A stretch of DNA of 63,798 nt, filler included, from Reticulomyxa filosa (taxonomy: Eukaryota; Protista; Foraminifera), in NCBI GenBank assembly GCA_000512085.1. It is 26 parts of 26 records of this genome, joined end to end, with 100 filler letters (N's around TTAATTAATTAA, not from the genome) between each part and the next. Parts side by side here need not be neighbours in the genome. Positions count along the whole stretch, not along the records: positions 62,727 to 63,798 come from ASPP01025204.1; 25 more parts are not named here. One strand, 5' to 3'. The position numbers and the translations under genes are program-made. How positions within the stretch are numbered: the first letter of the stretch is position 1; each line of letters opens with the position of its first letter. The notes under the pieces are model-generated. The model saw only the letters and a program-made list of their open reading frames with translations, was not told the origin of the DNA and searched no databases. Below, piece after piece: positions 62,901-63,798 of the stretch.

Positions 62901-63798
62901 CAGTTGCTACAAAAAAAAAATTAGACAACCCTAAAATATGAATTTTTTGTGTTTCTAACAAAAATTTAAGTATTAAATTTTTGATTATTTTTTCTTGTTT
63001 ATTGGATATACGTTTACACTTTTATAAGTAATTTGTAAAAAACAATAAATAAAAATTTATAAAATTTTTATGAAGAAAATAATTTTCAAAAATGATTGTA
63101 AGTGTATAATTTTACTGTTGTACTTGTTTTAGTTGATGTCACAATTTTCAATATAAACTTTTCTTTTTCAACATTCCAACAAGTTTTTTGTTTTTATTGT
63201 TATCCTTTGACTTCTAATCATGACTCACAAGCTGTATAGAATACAACAATTAATTTTATTTGAAAGAATATGTATGTGAATATCGTATCGTTATGATGGC
63301 CATCAATTTGGGATACATCATGACAAAGCAAAAAAAATTTACATCAGCATCCTCAACATTGTAATGATTACACGCAAAAGATGCTCTGGATGTACTAAAA
63401 ACTTAGACTGATAGAGATTCTCTTAATTTACTCTGGAGATTCACAAAAAGCAGAGATTACTCGCACGAACATATAAAAGAGCATTCTCCTTGATCAATGT
63501 GAAGAACATTTTAAAATCCCAGGGTTTAAATGATCGCATAAGTATCAAAAAGAATCGTTTAAAGTTCGCCAAAAAATGCAAATCATTGACCAAAAATGAT
63601 TTGATAAAAGTTATTTTTTCCGATAAAACGAAAATAAATCGTTTCGTAAGTGACTGAAAAGAATATCTTTGGCGAAAACATAATGAAATGATTTCGGATC
63701 GTACTACTAATCTTATTTTGATTTAGTGATGCATTGATACAAAAGGATTCAGTAATGCTGCCAAAATCACAGTAACTGTTAACTCTGAGTTGTATAAA
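62901..63798 (+). mobile_element. Decayed Tc1/mariner DNA transposon (candidate left TIR plus transposase pseudogene), running off the window
   Basis: KNRLKFAKKCKSLTKNDLIKVIFSDKTKINRFVSD*KEYLWRK (63550-63678) corresponds to the Tc1 RLxFAxxHxxWTxxDWxKVIFSDExK motif. GFSNAAKITVTVNSELY follows. TA|CAGTTGCTACAAAA..TTAGACAACC at 62899-62930 resembles a Tc1 terminus. Confidence 0.8.

Noticed and set aside
63550-63680. RIP-like directed C-to-T mutation of repeats
   Set aside because: The inferred changes include transversions (TGG>TTG, GGA>TGA) as well as transitions, so there is no consistent signature by eye.

Overview
This window is not one continuous locus. It is 26 short contigs joined by 25 identical artificial 100-bp spacers (N44-TTAATTAATTAA-N44), so adjacency across a spacer has no biological meaning. 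Most contigs come from a very AT-rich, intron-rich eukaryote using the standard genetic code. The gene families (many decayed WD40 and Kelch paralogues, transmembrane RGS, caspase-like/TPR) resemble those of the foraminiferan Reticulomyxa filosa; that identification is inference, not a database result. Recognisable genes are an inositol polyphosphate kinase, HAT1, a WBP2-like GRAM protein, a coiled-coil/SAM protein, a G-protein alpha subunit, a PB1-like/pseudo-caspase/TPR protein, a transmembrane RGS protein and GAS8/DRC4. There are also WD40, Kelch, U-box and ubiquitin-like pseudogenes, a LINE RT fragment and a decayed Tc1/mariner element. One contig (9607-10666) is GC-rich bacterial DNA encoding a tyrosine recombinase. 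Another (10767-12647) is apparently intronless and ends in a CE-clan (Ulp1/deubiquitylase-like) protease domain. I found no multi-gene novel system that the sequence can support. The best leads are the CE-clan protease contig, the catalytically dead caspase-TPR protein, a recurrent ~32-aa module on WD40/Kelch genes, introns with A-rich 3' ends, and a G-alpha/TM-RGS pair suggestive of self-activating G-protein signalling.
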